Below are positions 23,881-33,583 of a DNA stretch of 64,000 bases, one piece after another. The DNA is taken from contig OZ025802.1 in NCBI GenBank assembly GCA_964019425.1, positions 1 to 64,000 of the forward strand, in the 5' to 3' direction. Origin of the DNA: Flectonema sp. DT1601. Taxonomy: Eukaryota. The notes below the pieces were generated by a model. The model did no database searches. It was given only the letters and a program-made list of their open reading frames with translations, and was not told where the DNA came from. Made by a program: the position numbers and the translations under genes. Each line of letters starts with the position of its first letter. Within the stretch, counting starts at the first letter, position 1.

Positions 23881-26115
23881 CTACTTCGATTTTTGGTTTC
23901 GGCAAGGCGATCTTCCTCTGGATTTGCCTGGGGTCCCAGATCTATCACCGTATGGGGAGAAGGACCCCAGTAACTGAGCTGCCATGTCCGATTCGCGGCC
24001 AATCAACGATTTTGACCTGGACCTCGACAGTATCGAGTTGCTGTTGGATTTCCTAGGAGGGGCTTTCATCTCCACAGAAGAAATTTCAATACATGGCAAC
24101 TGCTGATGTGATGTATCGGCGCTTGGAATATTCGAGTTCTGTTGCAGTGTCGCAGTTGGAACAGAAGTTGAGTTTTGATAATTTGAGTCTAATCGGGCCA
24201 TTAGCTCCGAGATTTGTTGCTGCATTTGTCCCTGACGTTCAAGTAGCTCTTCGATATGAGCGTCCTTTTCCGCTGCCTGAGATGTCGCCTTCAGCTGCGC
24301 CTTTTGATTGTCCTTAATTAACTCTGAGACTTGCTGCTGCATCCTTTCTTGTTGATCCATTAGCTTGTTGATGTGGGCATCCTTCTCAGATGTCAGCGAC
24401 TTATTAGTATTCTGTGCTGCCTGAAGGTTCTTCAGTAAATCAGTCGTCTGATTTGTCAGACCTGTGACCTCAGCTGTGAGTACGGCGTTCTGTTGTTGCA
24501 TTGTACTCTGTTGTTCAATGAGAGTTTGAATGCGGGCTTCTTTGCTCTCGTTGTGGGATGACGCCTCTAACTGGGAGGCTTTTTGATTCGCCATTAGATC
24601 CGATATCTGATCCGTCAAGGCAGTTATCTTCTCCGATAGGTGTAGGTTCTGAACCTGCATCTGTTGTTGGTAATCCTGGAGATCCTGGATTCGAGCATCC
24701 TTCTCAGTCAGTTGTTGTTGTGAAGAGTTGTTGGATGTTAAGTTTGTAGAGTTCTCTGCTACGGATGGCAAGGTGGAGGTGGTATTGTCTGTCGTAGTGT
24801 CAATCTCCATCGGTACATCTGTTGCTTCAGATTGAGAAGAAGGGAGCGGAGGGAATTCATCAGTGCTACGGGACGGCACCTCGCGTTTGGCTTCTTTATT
24901 TATTGAGAGTAGGCCATGGCCTTTGATGAAAAACGCTGTAATGTTAGGTTCCTCCAGGGACTTCACTACAAAATACCCTCTGGACCCTTTCTTTCGGAGG
25001 TGTGTTGCTTCTTCCACTGCCCAACCTTGACCAGCCAGAATCTTACACATGTCGGAAGAGCTGAGCCTATGAAGGTTCGGTCCTGTGATATAAAAACGGG
25101 AACCAGGTGTCGGAGGTGGCATTGCAAGGAGACCGATCTCTTTACGAGTGATCAATTCTCGATCGGGACTCTGTACCAAAGACAGCTTGTTTGTTCTGCG
25201 CGAGAGAATAATGGCAGCGCCGACTTTCTTCGCCGCCGAGGATGCTGTTTCGTAATCGGTGGTGTTGAGTCTGATGACTGAGGTAGTGGATAATTCTGTC
25301 TGGACTCGTTGAGGGATAGAGACGAAGTAACCTTTGTGTCTACTGGTGACATACAGTTGGAACAGATGGATGCGGGTCAATGGTACACGGATGTTGATTG
25401 TCTGAACCCTCGGGGTTCGTAGTTTGGATTCCCAAACTTGGTGGCGGTCGATTGCTGATAAGCCTGTTTGCTTTGCAAACTGGTTGTAGATGGTAATGGC
25501 TGAGTCGATTAGGTCAGTTGTATTAAGAATTTCCAAGCCGGAGTGACCTGGGTGGTGGTATAGCTGGATCACTGCTGATGGTAGCGGATTGTTTCCTGAA
25601 GGAATTAGGGACTTAGCGGGTGTTCCGGACACTGCCGTCATAAAAGCCTTGCGTACGACTGATTTGCCATCCACAAGCAGGGATACCTGGATTGGATTAC
25701 CTTTGCCAGGGTCTTCGGTGGTGATGGCCGTTAAGCGACCATTGTTGTTGCGGCGTTGGAGAAGGGGCAACTGGTCTGTTGGGAGTAGAAAGATTGCCTC
25801 CGTGATTGCTGGATTATTGATGACTGCAGAGCCATCTATAACTGGAATGTCCCAGCCCGGTTGACGAAGAGCCGCCTTACCCCACGACTTAGGTATATGT
25901 CGTTGTGGCTTGGCCGCTACTGCTGCCCACGACTTGCTCGGTTGTGGTGTATGTGTCGGCTTATTTCTTTGCGGCGGCGTTCTTTGCGGCGGAGACGTCT
26001 TAATTTTCGGTGGAGGCGGCGGAGACTGCTTGCCTCTTGTCGACGAGTTAGCAACTAGACTGATGAGGGTGTTTATTAGGGTCTTCAACTGGACCCCACT
26101 CTTCTTCTTCTTCAT
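23881..26115 (-). CDS. LINE ORF1 protein (744 aa; Pro/Lys-rich N-terminus, long Gln-rich coiled coil)
   Basis: Long ATG-initiated ORF starting 75 nt downstream of the SL, in frame with ORF2. Confidence 0.85.
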   Translation of the reverse strand: MKKKKSGVQLKTLINTLISLVANSSTRGKQSPPPPPKIKTSPPQRTPPQRNKPTHTPQPSKSWAAVAAKPQRHIPKSWGKAALRQPGWDIPVIDGSAVINNPAITEAIFLLPTDQLPLLQRRNNNGRLTAITTEDPGKGNPIQVSLLVDGKSVVRKAFMTAVSGTPAKSLIPSGNNPLPSAVIQLYHHPGHSGLEILNTTDLIDSAITIYNQFAKQTGLSAIDRHQVWESKLRTPRVQTINIRVPLTRIHLFQLYVTSRHKGYFVSIPQRVQTELSTTSVIRLNTTDYETASSAAKKVGAAIILSRRTNKLSLVQSPDRELITRKEIGLLAMPPPTPGSRFYITGPNLHRLSSSDMCKILAGQGWAVEEATHLRKKGSRGYFVVKSLEEPNITAFFIKGHGLLSINKEAKREVPSRSTDEFPPLPSSQSEATDVPMEIDTTTDNTTSTLPSVAENSTNLTSNNSSQQQLTEKDARIQDLQDYQQQMQVQNLHLSEKITALTDQISDLMANQKASQLEASSHNESKEARIQTLIEQQSTMQQQNAVLTAEVTGLTNQTTDLLKNLQAAQNTNKSLTSEKDAHINKLMDQQERMQQQVSELIKDNQKAQLKATSQAAEKDAHIEELLERQGQMQQQISELMARLDSNYQNSTSVPTATLQQNSNIPSADTSHQQLPCIEISSVEMKAPPRKSNSNSILSRSRSKSLIGRESDMAAQLLGSFSPYGDRSGTPGKSRGRSPCRNQKSK

Positions 26116-26190
26116 AGTTATTCAAAAAGGTGTTGTGACTGATGGGGGACGCACCTTACTGCTCTTTCACCGTTTTGTTTGGATCGAGAT

Positions 26191-26228
26191 CAATAAAGTA
26201 CAGAAACTGTAGCTTTAGAATCGTTGGT
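26191..26228 (-). other. Retroposed spliced-leader mini-exon (38 of 39 nt): ACCAACGATTCTAAAGCTACAGTTTCTGTACTTTATTG
   Basis: 3' half CAGTTTCTGTACTTTATTG is the conserved kinetoplastid/diplonemid SL end. 5' half resembles the Diplonema SL as I recall it. Not followed by a GT donor. Confidence 0.9.
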
Positions 26229-27033
26229 AGTATTCTGTTGTATCACCGGTGGCTGGAATGGCTGAGGTGGCATCCCCACTGGTGGCTGATGTGATAGTGG
26301 CGGTGGTGGCGGTGGCATCGGCATCTTCACTGCTTCGTGTTGCTGTGGTCGTGTCTCTTGTCTTTCTACCCGTGTTTTTAGCGAAACGAGTCCCGCCATT
26401 AGCGACTGCATTACAGTCTCGGTTTGTTGTTGCTGTTGCTGCTGTCTCATTGTAAAATCTTCGATGGTCGTCCTTATCGACCCCATCTCTTCAGCCGTGT
26501 TTTCCCTGTACCTGGCAACCGATTCAAACCTCTGACCCACTCCAGAAAAGGTTGCCTCTGTCCGACTTTCTAACACCCTCGTTGCTTCGGCATTGTCTGA
26601 ACATGTCTGCTGCGCCTGTTGACGCAGTAAGGCTGCATCCTCCTGCAGACTGCCCATCGCATCGTTGGCGTCATCATACGACACGAGACAGGGGTTCCCC
26701 CCCCCTTGACAGCCGCTCTCCAACCTTCGCGGCTTTTTCTGCTACCAATCCTCGATTTACCCTTGACAGCAGACCCAATAACACAACTGCATGTGTTATT
26801 GGGACCGTCGCCAATGATCCTTGCGGCATCCCCAAAGAGATGGCAAGTGTCCCCCTTACCATCTCCCTAAGCGATGTATCATTCCTCAGCTGATTGAGGT
26901 CCACTTCAAACGGGATATCTGCTTTTGCTGTATCCAAATCAATCATTTCACTCTCTGTAGGTACCGGATTCCCTGTCTTTTTCTCCCATACATTCTTCAA
27001 GGCAGCAGGGAATGTAAACTCAACAAGTGGCAT
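26229..27033 (-). pseudogene. Gag-like ORF, proximal copy (ATG at 27033; MPLVEFTF...QQNT), cut off by the LINE
   Basis: Matches 18493-19291 except one extra C in a poly-C run (~26697-26705) that shifts the frame. Confidence 0.7.
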
Positions 27034-27248
27034 CTTCGAAAACGTGAGTGTGAGAGAAAGAAGTGATCGAGCTGTATAAAGAATTTCTTTTTGAAAAAAT
27101 AGAAGGTTAAAGAATATATAAAAATGTGCTGTTTCGTTCATTTTTCCAACTTCGGAATCATACACTTTTCTGTCTGATTCCTTTGATTATTTCTTTCCGG
27201 TGCTAAGCTTGGTGGAAAATTACCTGAATGAATTCTAGGTATCTCTAG

Positions 27249-27270
27249 TGCGGGTTTGCGGGTTTGCGGG
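27249..27270 (+). repeat. Short internal octamer tract TGCGGGTTTGCGGGTTTGCGGG, same orientation as the terminal array
   Basis: Directly follows GGTATCTCTAG. Confidence 0.85.
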
Positions 27271-27294
27271 CGTGTTTTTTGTTTGGACATCCAA

Positions 27295-27735
27295 AAAAAG
27301 GAAAGGCCAAAAAGCCTATACAGGGAATAAAAATAGAGGTGACTTAGTTGTAAAATAAGGTTGATTCAGAAACATAAAAATGGCTAACTTGAAATAAGCT
27401 CATACCTATAACCTTGTTTGCATGGTTAGCCGTTTCATTTTTGCATACTTAAGAAAAGGAAAAACAAGTTTAATTCAGAAAAACAAAAAATAAATAACTT
27501 TGCAATACCCGCTGAAGGCAGTTTTTTGTTTGGGGAAAGATAAAAGGCTAAAAAGCCTGATACAAGGAATAAAAACAGAGGTGACTTGGTTGAAAAATAA
27601 GGTTGTTCAGAAAGATAAAAATGGTTAACTTGAAGCCCCATACCCACTTTAACCTAGCCATCGTTTTCATTTTTGCTAGCTTAGGCAAAGGAAAAACAAG
27701 TTTAATTCATAAAAACAAAAAATAAATAACTTTGC
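27295..27735. repeat. Diverged ~230-bp tandem duplication
   Basis: AAAGGC(C/T)AAAAAGCCT...AAAATAAATAACTTTGC occurs twice. Confidence 0.8.
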
Positions 27736-28169
27736 GTGAGCGAAGCGAGCCTGAACGGGTATCTCTAGTGCAGGTTTGCGGTCAAATTTTAAAAACAGGA
27801 GAAGGTTCGTACTGGGTAGATACTTGGTTTGCTAAAGAACGACGTTCCATAATCCATTGAGACACAACAATGACCAAAACATACTACACATATTTCCATC
27901 TCAAAATGTTACAACAGAAACGTTCAGAGCCACATAAGAGACTTCGACAACTACAGCTCAACTTCTTTGGTGGAATGAATAAAATGGTTTCTGTTAGTCG
28001 CAGTAAACCTGAAAAGCTTTTCTTTTGGTCATTCACCTTTTTTATTATTTCGAACACGCAGTTTCTGCTTCTTTTTTAAGTAATCATTCATCGCAATCTT
28101 ACTGTTTTCAATCTCAAATGTCACTACTACTATTACTGTTTATTCTGTTCAAATCTATTTACACTTGGT

Positions 28170-29633
28170 TCAGTACCCCTTGTAAACGCAGTCACTCCTA
28201 TTGGGATTATCCAAGTCAGGAATTGTGAAACTTCTTTTCTTGTAGGGGAGAACATATATCACAATACAGCTCTTTATGGAGAATTTAGCTTTTACATCTT
28301 TCAGAAGGTTTTTAATGTCCGGATGATTGAGGTTTAGGGAATTGTGTCCATTGTCGGATACAGTTGTCTGCAGCATGAATAGATTATATTTTTCAGGTGT
28401 TTCTGCTTTCTTAATGCAGAAGAAGTCCAGCCCGTGAAAGTATGCTTTTGTTGGTCTGTACAGGATATCACTATCAAGCAGATTATCAGAGGTGTAACTA
28501 GAATCTGTCAAGATCGTGAGTTCTTTTACCTGATTGCCAACTTCATACTTAATTACCATCCCAGATTCTTCTTTAAAATCACGGTAGAACATTGCCTTAA
28601 AGAAGCATCTCTTAGCCCCCTCAGAGAGACCCTTGATATAGGTTGCCACTGTTAGACGTTGCTGGTTTGCAACATATTGCACGCATTTGTCAAAGACACA
28701 TTCGCTAATGAACCCTTTGACTTTATAATCATATTTTCCATCAAGTGCAACCAGTCGATGAATAGATATGTTACTCCCTTGCGGGGGTGTGCCAGTTAAC
28801 ACATTCTGAATGAAGTCAATTGTCACGTTCTCCAGAGCTTCAGTCACTAATCCTTCAGCCTCCTTAAATGGTTTCACTAGAAATTGGAGTACTCCGCCAA
28901 ACTGCTTAAACTTGTAGTTTAACTCTTTCCGTTTCTCAGTTTCATCGGTTGCCTCCAGTGAAAAGTTTTGAATAGGTAGGCAGTTTATTTCGTCCCATGT
29001 CCAAAGAGGTAAGCAAACAGAACCAAGTTTTGTATTATCCTTCAAGATTTCGCACCCCTGCTTGAATCGTGAGGGTGAACCAGTAAGAATGAGTACTTCC
29101 ATCCCAAAAAGTTGTTTGTCAGCAATGGGCAACTCCTTTGGCATTTCAAGCACACCGAATCTGCTTCTTGATTTTCCCTCGAACACATACTGATCGTAAT
29201 CAGCACAACTGACACTGAATGAGTCATCTTTTCTTGTGATGGTGTAGACTTGTTTATCACCATTAGAAAAGAGAATGGTTGAAAATCCCATCAAGAATTT
29301 ATTACTATTCTGCACCCACAGCAACAGTATCCAGAAACGGAAAGTTGTTTTGCCGATGCCTGGAGTTCCGGTGATTGTGTGCACTGGTTCAGTATTTTTA
29401 TCACGGTTTAGAAATTTATCTGCAATCGTATCCAAAGCAGTAATGTAACATTTACGTTCCAGTATAAGTTTTGCTTCCTTCCACATGTCGAAATCATCGT
29501 CGAACTTTAGTCTCGTTAATCCAGCTTCTGTTGATGAGTCTTTCATTGCATTCAAGAGGTTTTGCATTTTGTCAACTTGTTGAAGCTTCGGTCTTTTAGT
29601 ACCATCCTCGCGTTCGTTTTCGTTGTGTGTTTT
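28170..29633 (-). CDS. Crinkler/RHS-type protein: P-loop NTPase plus PD-(D/E)xK nuclease-like domain (probably a 3' exon)
   Basis: TGTPGIGKTT Walker A, LPLWTWDEI, FGGV, HRLV, then YRPTKAYFHGLDFF...LQTTVS..H. Phase-0 CAG acceptor immediately before 29633. Confidence 0.8.
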   Translation of the reverse strand, partial: KTHNENEREDGTKRPKLQQVDKMQNLLNAMKDSSTEAGLTRLKFDDDFDMWKEAKLILERKCYITALDTIADKFLNRDKNTEPVHTITGTPGIGKTTFRFWILLLWVQNSNKFLMGFSTILFSNGDKQVYTITRKDDSFSVSCADYDQYVFEGKSRSRFGVLEMPKELPIADKQLFGMEVLILTGSPSRFKQGCEILKDNTKLGSVCLPLWTWDEINCLPIQNFSLEATDETEKRKELNYKFKQFGGVLQFLVKPFKEAEGLVTEALENVTIDFIQNVLTGTPPQGSNISIHRLVALDGKYDYKVKGFISECVFDKCVQYVANQQRLTVATYIKGLSEGAKRCFFKAMFYRDFKEESGMVIKYEVGNQVKELTILTDSSYTSDNLLDSDILYRPTKAYFHGLDFFCIKKAETPEKYNLFMLQTTVSDNGHNSLNLNHPDIKNLLKDVKAKFSIKSCIVIYVLPYKKRSFTIPDLDNPNRSDCVYKGY

Positions 29634-30317
29634 CTGTGGTGTATTGGTTTTGAACAATCAATTTTGTCATACAGGTTTCTACAGTCTCATAGAGGATTTC
29701 TTCTAAAGGGGAGGTAACTTGATACTAATATTAAATGGAAAGCAACTTGAAACTGGCAAAAACGAGAATAGGGTTCGGCCAAACCTGGTTGCAATACAAG
29801 AAATCAACAGTTGGTATCGATAAAAAATCCCATATGTGCTGTCGAATATGGGGATTCGGGGGCCACGTACTACAGGTTGAGCGCCCCATGCCCATAAAGG
29901 GGAGGGAAAGAACGTGTGTAGTCGTTGTGATAAGGTGGGCCACAATAAGACTACGTGCAAAAACCCCCTAAACGAGAAGTCGACCCCGAAGAAGTCAGCA
30001 AAGAGGTCGGCCCCCAAGAAGGCTGTCGATACATCGACTAGGAGAAACCGGATATCCGGAAAGAGAAAGAAGTGTGATTCAAGTTCATCATCAGTTTCGT
30101 CGTAGGTTGGTACCTGCAGCTGTTCTAAAAACACTAACAGGTAGTTCCAGGTTACGGTTGACATTTTCAAGTGTAGCGGCATAGAGAGGTCCTCCTCTTC
30201 GGAAGAGGTATTTCTGTAGGGTCCTTTTCTTGGAGTACCTTGAAGACCAGTGCGCAAAGCTGTTTTACTCTTAGGTTTAGTCACATGTTTCTTTTTCAAG
30301 TTGACTTTATCTTCGTT

Positions 30318-30650
30318 GGGTTTATTGGTGACATTCTTTGAAATATTCGAATTATCCATCGTAACCTTTTTATTCCCATTCTTGAAAAATGTATCCTTCC
30401 ATGAAATACTCGGGTTAACTTGAGCTTTCTTAAAGGGGTCCTTGTTCTTTTTTGGATCAATCTGATAATGTTTGATCTTTTGAGAGGCGTTAAAGCATGC
30501 CTTGTTTCCATTGGTCTTGTGCTCAAAGTCTATGGTTTTTTCCATGATTTTGGAGCCATCTTTAATAAAACACCTTTTCGGTATCTTATTAATGTTGTTA
30601 GAGTCATACACCTGACACATAAAACCTAACTCGGATAGATCAAAGGACCA
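30318..30650. repeat. ~333-bp dispersed repeat, second copy at 37967-38300
   Basis: Near-identical GGGTTTATTGGTGACATTC...CAAAGGACCA; both copies lie upstream of NTPase-nuclease exons. Confidence 0.9.
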
Positions 30651-31161
30651 AGGAGATTTTATTGATCCAGTCTTCAATATCTTGGATTTTCTGTGTATTT
30701 GGGATATCAAGCGACCGTAAGCGGCGGCATCGTGCCAGGTGAGAGTGTAAAGCACATCTGTGAGGACGTGACGTAAGTTCAACAAGATTTCCATGACGGG
30801 TGGGTCCACCGCCAATTACTTTCCATTCAGCATCTCTACAATGCAAAAAGCCCATCTCATTTCGATCAAATCGTTTATGACAAGTGTCTTCAGCTGAGTC
30901 ACGTGTCCCACACAGTATCAGAAAGTTGGAAAAGGTGTCATCAACCCACCGCACATTAGCTTCGTCACAAAAGTCTGGATTTCTGAAGATATGTGCAACT
31001 GTACCGCCATTTCTGCCACACACCATACATTTTTTACCAAGGGTTAAACTCACAGCTAACTTCAGGTCTGATGGCTTTCCCCCTGATGAACTGAGCTTTT
31101 TTGTTGATCCGTATCGTGTAAACTCTGGATCGAAGAAGTTCTCAAATGGTGCGGCTGCCGC
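30640..31161 (-). CDS. HNH endonuclease (HNH_2/CR-effector-like) exon
   Basis: CMVC..AHI..N.LILC..CHKRFD..PHRCALHSH pattern; frame is open back to a CAG acceptor before 31161; no initiating ATG. Confidence 0.72.
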   Translation of the reverse strand, partial: AAAAPFENFFDPEFTRYGSTKKLSSSGGKPSDLKLAVSLTLGKKCMVCGRNGGTVAHIFRNPDFCDEANVRWVDDTFSNFLILCGTRDSAEDTCHKRFDRNEMGFLHCRDAEWKVIGGGPTRHGNLVELTSRPHRCALHSHLARCRRLRSLDIPNTQKIQDIEDWINKISLVL

Positions 31162-31211
31162 CTGTTCGTGTTTAAATGAGTTGCTTTTCAGGTTGTTGTG
31201 TTACAGGGCCC

Positions 31212-31365
31212 CCCGTGAAACTTTGACAATGTAAAAACAGTAACAACTTTAGGTATTAAAAACAAATTAGTATCAAGTACTTGACTGGTAAATATTTGTA
31301 GTTGTTAATCAAAGAAAATTACGTTTAGAAAAAAGAAAACATAAAAAGAGAAAACTATATTTTAT
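31212..31365. repeat. Dispersed AT-rich repeat, diverged copy at ~57503-57675
   Basis: GTGAAACT(T/A)TGACAATGTAAAA...ATTTGTAGTTGTTAAT is shared. Confidence 0.75.
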
Positions 31366-31879
31366 GTCTTACTGACCAGAAGACGTTGTCGAATCTGGTA
31401 ATTCGGGGGCCACGTTCTAACAGGTTGAGCGTCCTATGCCCTGTAGTCCGTAGACGTTTCGATTCACTTCTTGTTGAAGCTGGGTCTTGGTATACCACAT
31501 CTGAGGTTGCTTCATTTTCATCCACCTTCGGAATAGTTCTCCTTAGTCTTCGTTGTTAAGGCTTATGGAGTTTTGGTGGTGGAAGTGTAGTTGAATTGCC
31601 TCTAGTTGGACTCTGACTATCTCTGAGTGATTTCATAATCTCATCAGTTTGTCGTATATTCCAACCTTTGATTGCAGTTGGTGGTGGCAGTACAGGTTCC
31701 AGAGTAGGAGTCGGAATCTTGTAATCTGTATTCATGGTGTTGATGGCAACTGACTTAGCTCTGGAGGTGCACCTTGAGTTTTAAGAATACTCTTCGGATT
31801 TTCAAATGTTTTCGTCACCTATTTTTCTGGTGTACGAGGCGCTAGGTGTTTGATCCTCGGTGACTCCATGGGTTGCGGT

Positions 31880-33200
31880 TCATCTGTCTTTTGCATCTTC
31901 GTTATTTGAAAATGCGAAACCGTTCCCTGGAGTGTTGAGTTCGTTTCGGGTTAGGGTCTCATCATTGGACATGTACTGATTCAGGATAGTACTAATTTCC
32001 TCAAGTATTTCCTTGTGCGGTAAATTAGTGTACATGTCACTAAAGTCAAAGGACTTAACATTTCTATAGCTGAGACAAGTGTAGTTAGCTTTAATATACT
32101 TCGCTACCTCATCAACATTGTCAACTATGAAATATTTCTGTATTCCGGTTTTCCTTTCTTCTTCTTTTTCTATCGTTTTAATTCTAAACAATAGCGTTTT
32201 TAAGATGCCTGACAGTTCTTTTGACATCTCTGTGGTTGCAGTGAGAGGTTTGCCTCTAAACAAACAGTTGTCACCTTCCTTTTGAATATCGAAGTTTGTT
32301 TTTGAGGAAGAACCAGCTATGAAACGAAACTTCATCGGTTTCTTGTGAAACTTCGGACTACCATAAAGATATGGTAAGTTGTTTGTGTGTCTGAAGCCGT
32401 GTTTTTTGTTAAGTTTTTCTAACCTAATCATTTCCTCCTTGGTCTCTTCAATGTTGTATTCTTTGTAGACATTACAACCGTTGATTTGGTTGTTGAGGGT
32501 TTGTTGGTACAAATGTCTACAACACAGAGCTAGGTCGTGTGTTGTCTTGTCAATCTGGAGAAAACCCATGTGTTCTTTGATTTTAGTAATCTCTTTTTGT
32601 ACCGTTTGCAGTTCATTATTGTTTTGTAATGGTGGCATATTACTGATGTAACCTCTCAGGGTTGTTTTTAGAAACATCGCAAGATTAGTAAACTTGCTGT
32701 GATCATAATGCAATGAGATGAAATCATCAACTGCTGATTCTACTTCTTTGAGGATCTCATCGCTGTTATCATGTAGGCGATAACGGCCACCTTTAGAGAA
32801 GTAGGTTTTTGAATCTCTTTGTTGTCAGCAGCTTTGAAGCGTGAATTAGAACGTGAGAGTCTGTTCGTTTATTCTTGTCAACAAAGTTTTAGCAAGGGCA
32901 TTCTTTAGCCGATTTCAAATCTGTTTTTGGAAGAAACCTACTCTCCGTCGCATGATCACAAAGGATGTCTCTGAGAGTTGTATTGAGTCTACGAGACATC
33001 AAAAGGTTTTCGACTACTTACCGAAAGCTTCGATGTTCAACATGGTTACCCTTCAAAAGAAATACGGAAAGGATACTGAAGAGCTCGTTATCTTTGGTGG
33101 TGTTTTCTTTTATTCTGTTCACCCTTTGGGTGGTGAAGGTGTGTATTTTTAACGGGCAGGCAATGGCGGTTCACTTTGTCCAATCACCTTTCCGATCCCC
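31880..33200 (-). pseudogene. Penelope-like element (PLE) reverse transcriptase fragment
   Basis: CPC..HV, KGGRYR, IDK..CCRHLY, LPYLYGSPKFHKKPMKFRFIAGSS and SFDFSDMYTNLPH. Stops/frameshifts upstream; truncated after RT motif A. Upstream part is repeated at ~38610-38825. Confidence 0.8.
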
Positions 33201-33325
33201 CCCCCGTTGGCTCTTTTTTTAAAAGAAGTCCGAAGGGCTGTACTGTGACCAATACAAAAAAAGGTTGGACCCGTTCAGACAGGTTTCCCCCGAAATGCGT
33301 TACAAATAAAAAGTAAAAGGTATAC

Positions 33326-33583
33326 CTCAGTAGAACTCTTCAACAAATCAAAAAGTTTGTTCTTCTCTACCTTCAGTTCTTCTAAGTACTTGCTGAGGCC
33401 ACCATTCAAGTCTACCACAACTTTAATACGTTTTTGTGTTGGGTTGAGGTCTTTCTGTTCACTTTCTACTATCGCAATCCCTTCGATTGCTTCAATCTTC
33501 GCTTCGATTGCTTCAATCTTTGCTGACACTTTTCGTACTTCTTGCTGTTCGAAACTTAACTCTGGCTCTGACGAAGATGCCAT
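33326..33583 (-). CDS. Putative first exon (86-codon coiled-coil header) of a CR/RHS-type gene
   Basis: MASSSEPE...KLFDLLKSSTE ends at GAG|GTATAC; the paralog at 38881-39120 ends at GAG|GTATAA at the homologous position. Confidence 0.65.

Larger units (their letters stand above)
19292..26228 (-). mobile_element. Apparently full-length APE-type non-LTR retrotransposon (I/Ingi-group-like) with 5' SL exon and (CTAA)5 3' tail
   Basis: ORF1 and ORF2, ~430-nt 3' UTR, (TTAG)5 on + at 19291-19310, SL at the 5' end, duplicated flanks. Confidence 0.93.

Noticed and set aside
23881..23883. Stop-codon reassignment as the explanation of in-frame TAG/TAA
   Set aside because: Host ORFs of up to 1410 codons contain no internal TAG/TAA and several end in TAA; the TAA at ~38990 is in a gene that is also frameshifted.
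26191..26228. SL RNA gene, or SL-gene-targeted (CRE/SLACS-like) insertion
   Set aside because: No GT intron after the exon, no tandem array; the element has an APE rather than RLE nuclease and its duplicated target is the gag-like ORF.
26697..26705. Programmed frameshift or phase variation at the poly-C run
   Set aside because: A 1-nt homopolymer difference between the duplicated copies is equally explained by sequencing error.
29703..30815. 370-aa ORF as a gene
   Set aside because: Chimeric frame crossing the HNH exon out of frame, a dispersed repeat, an antisense zinc knuckle and the 284-bp repeat.
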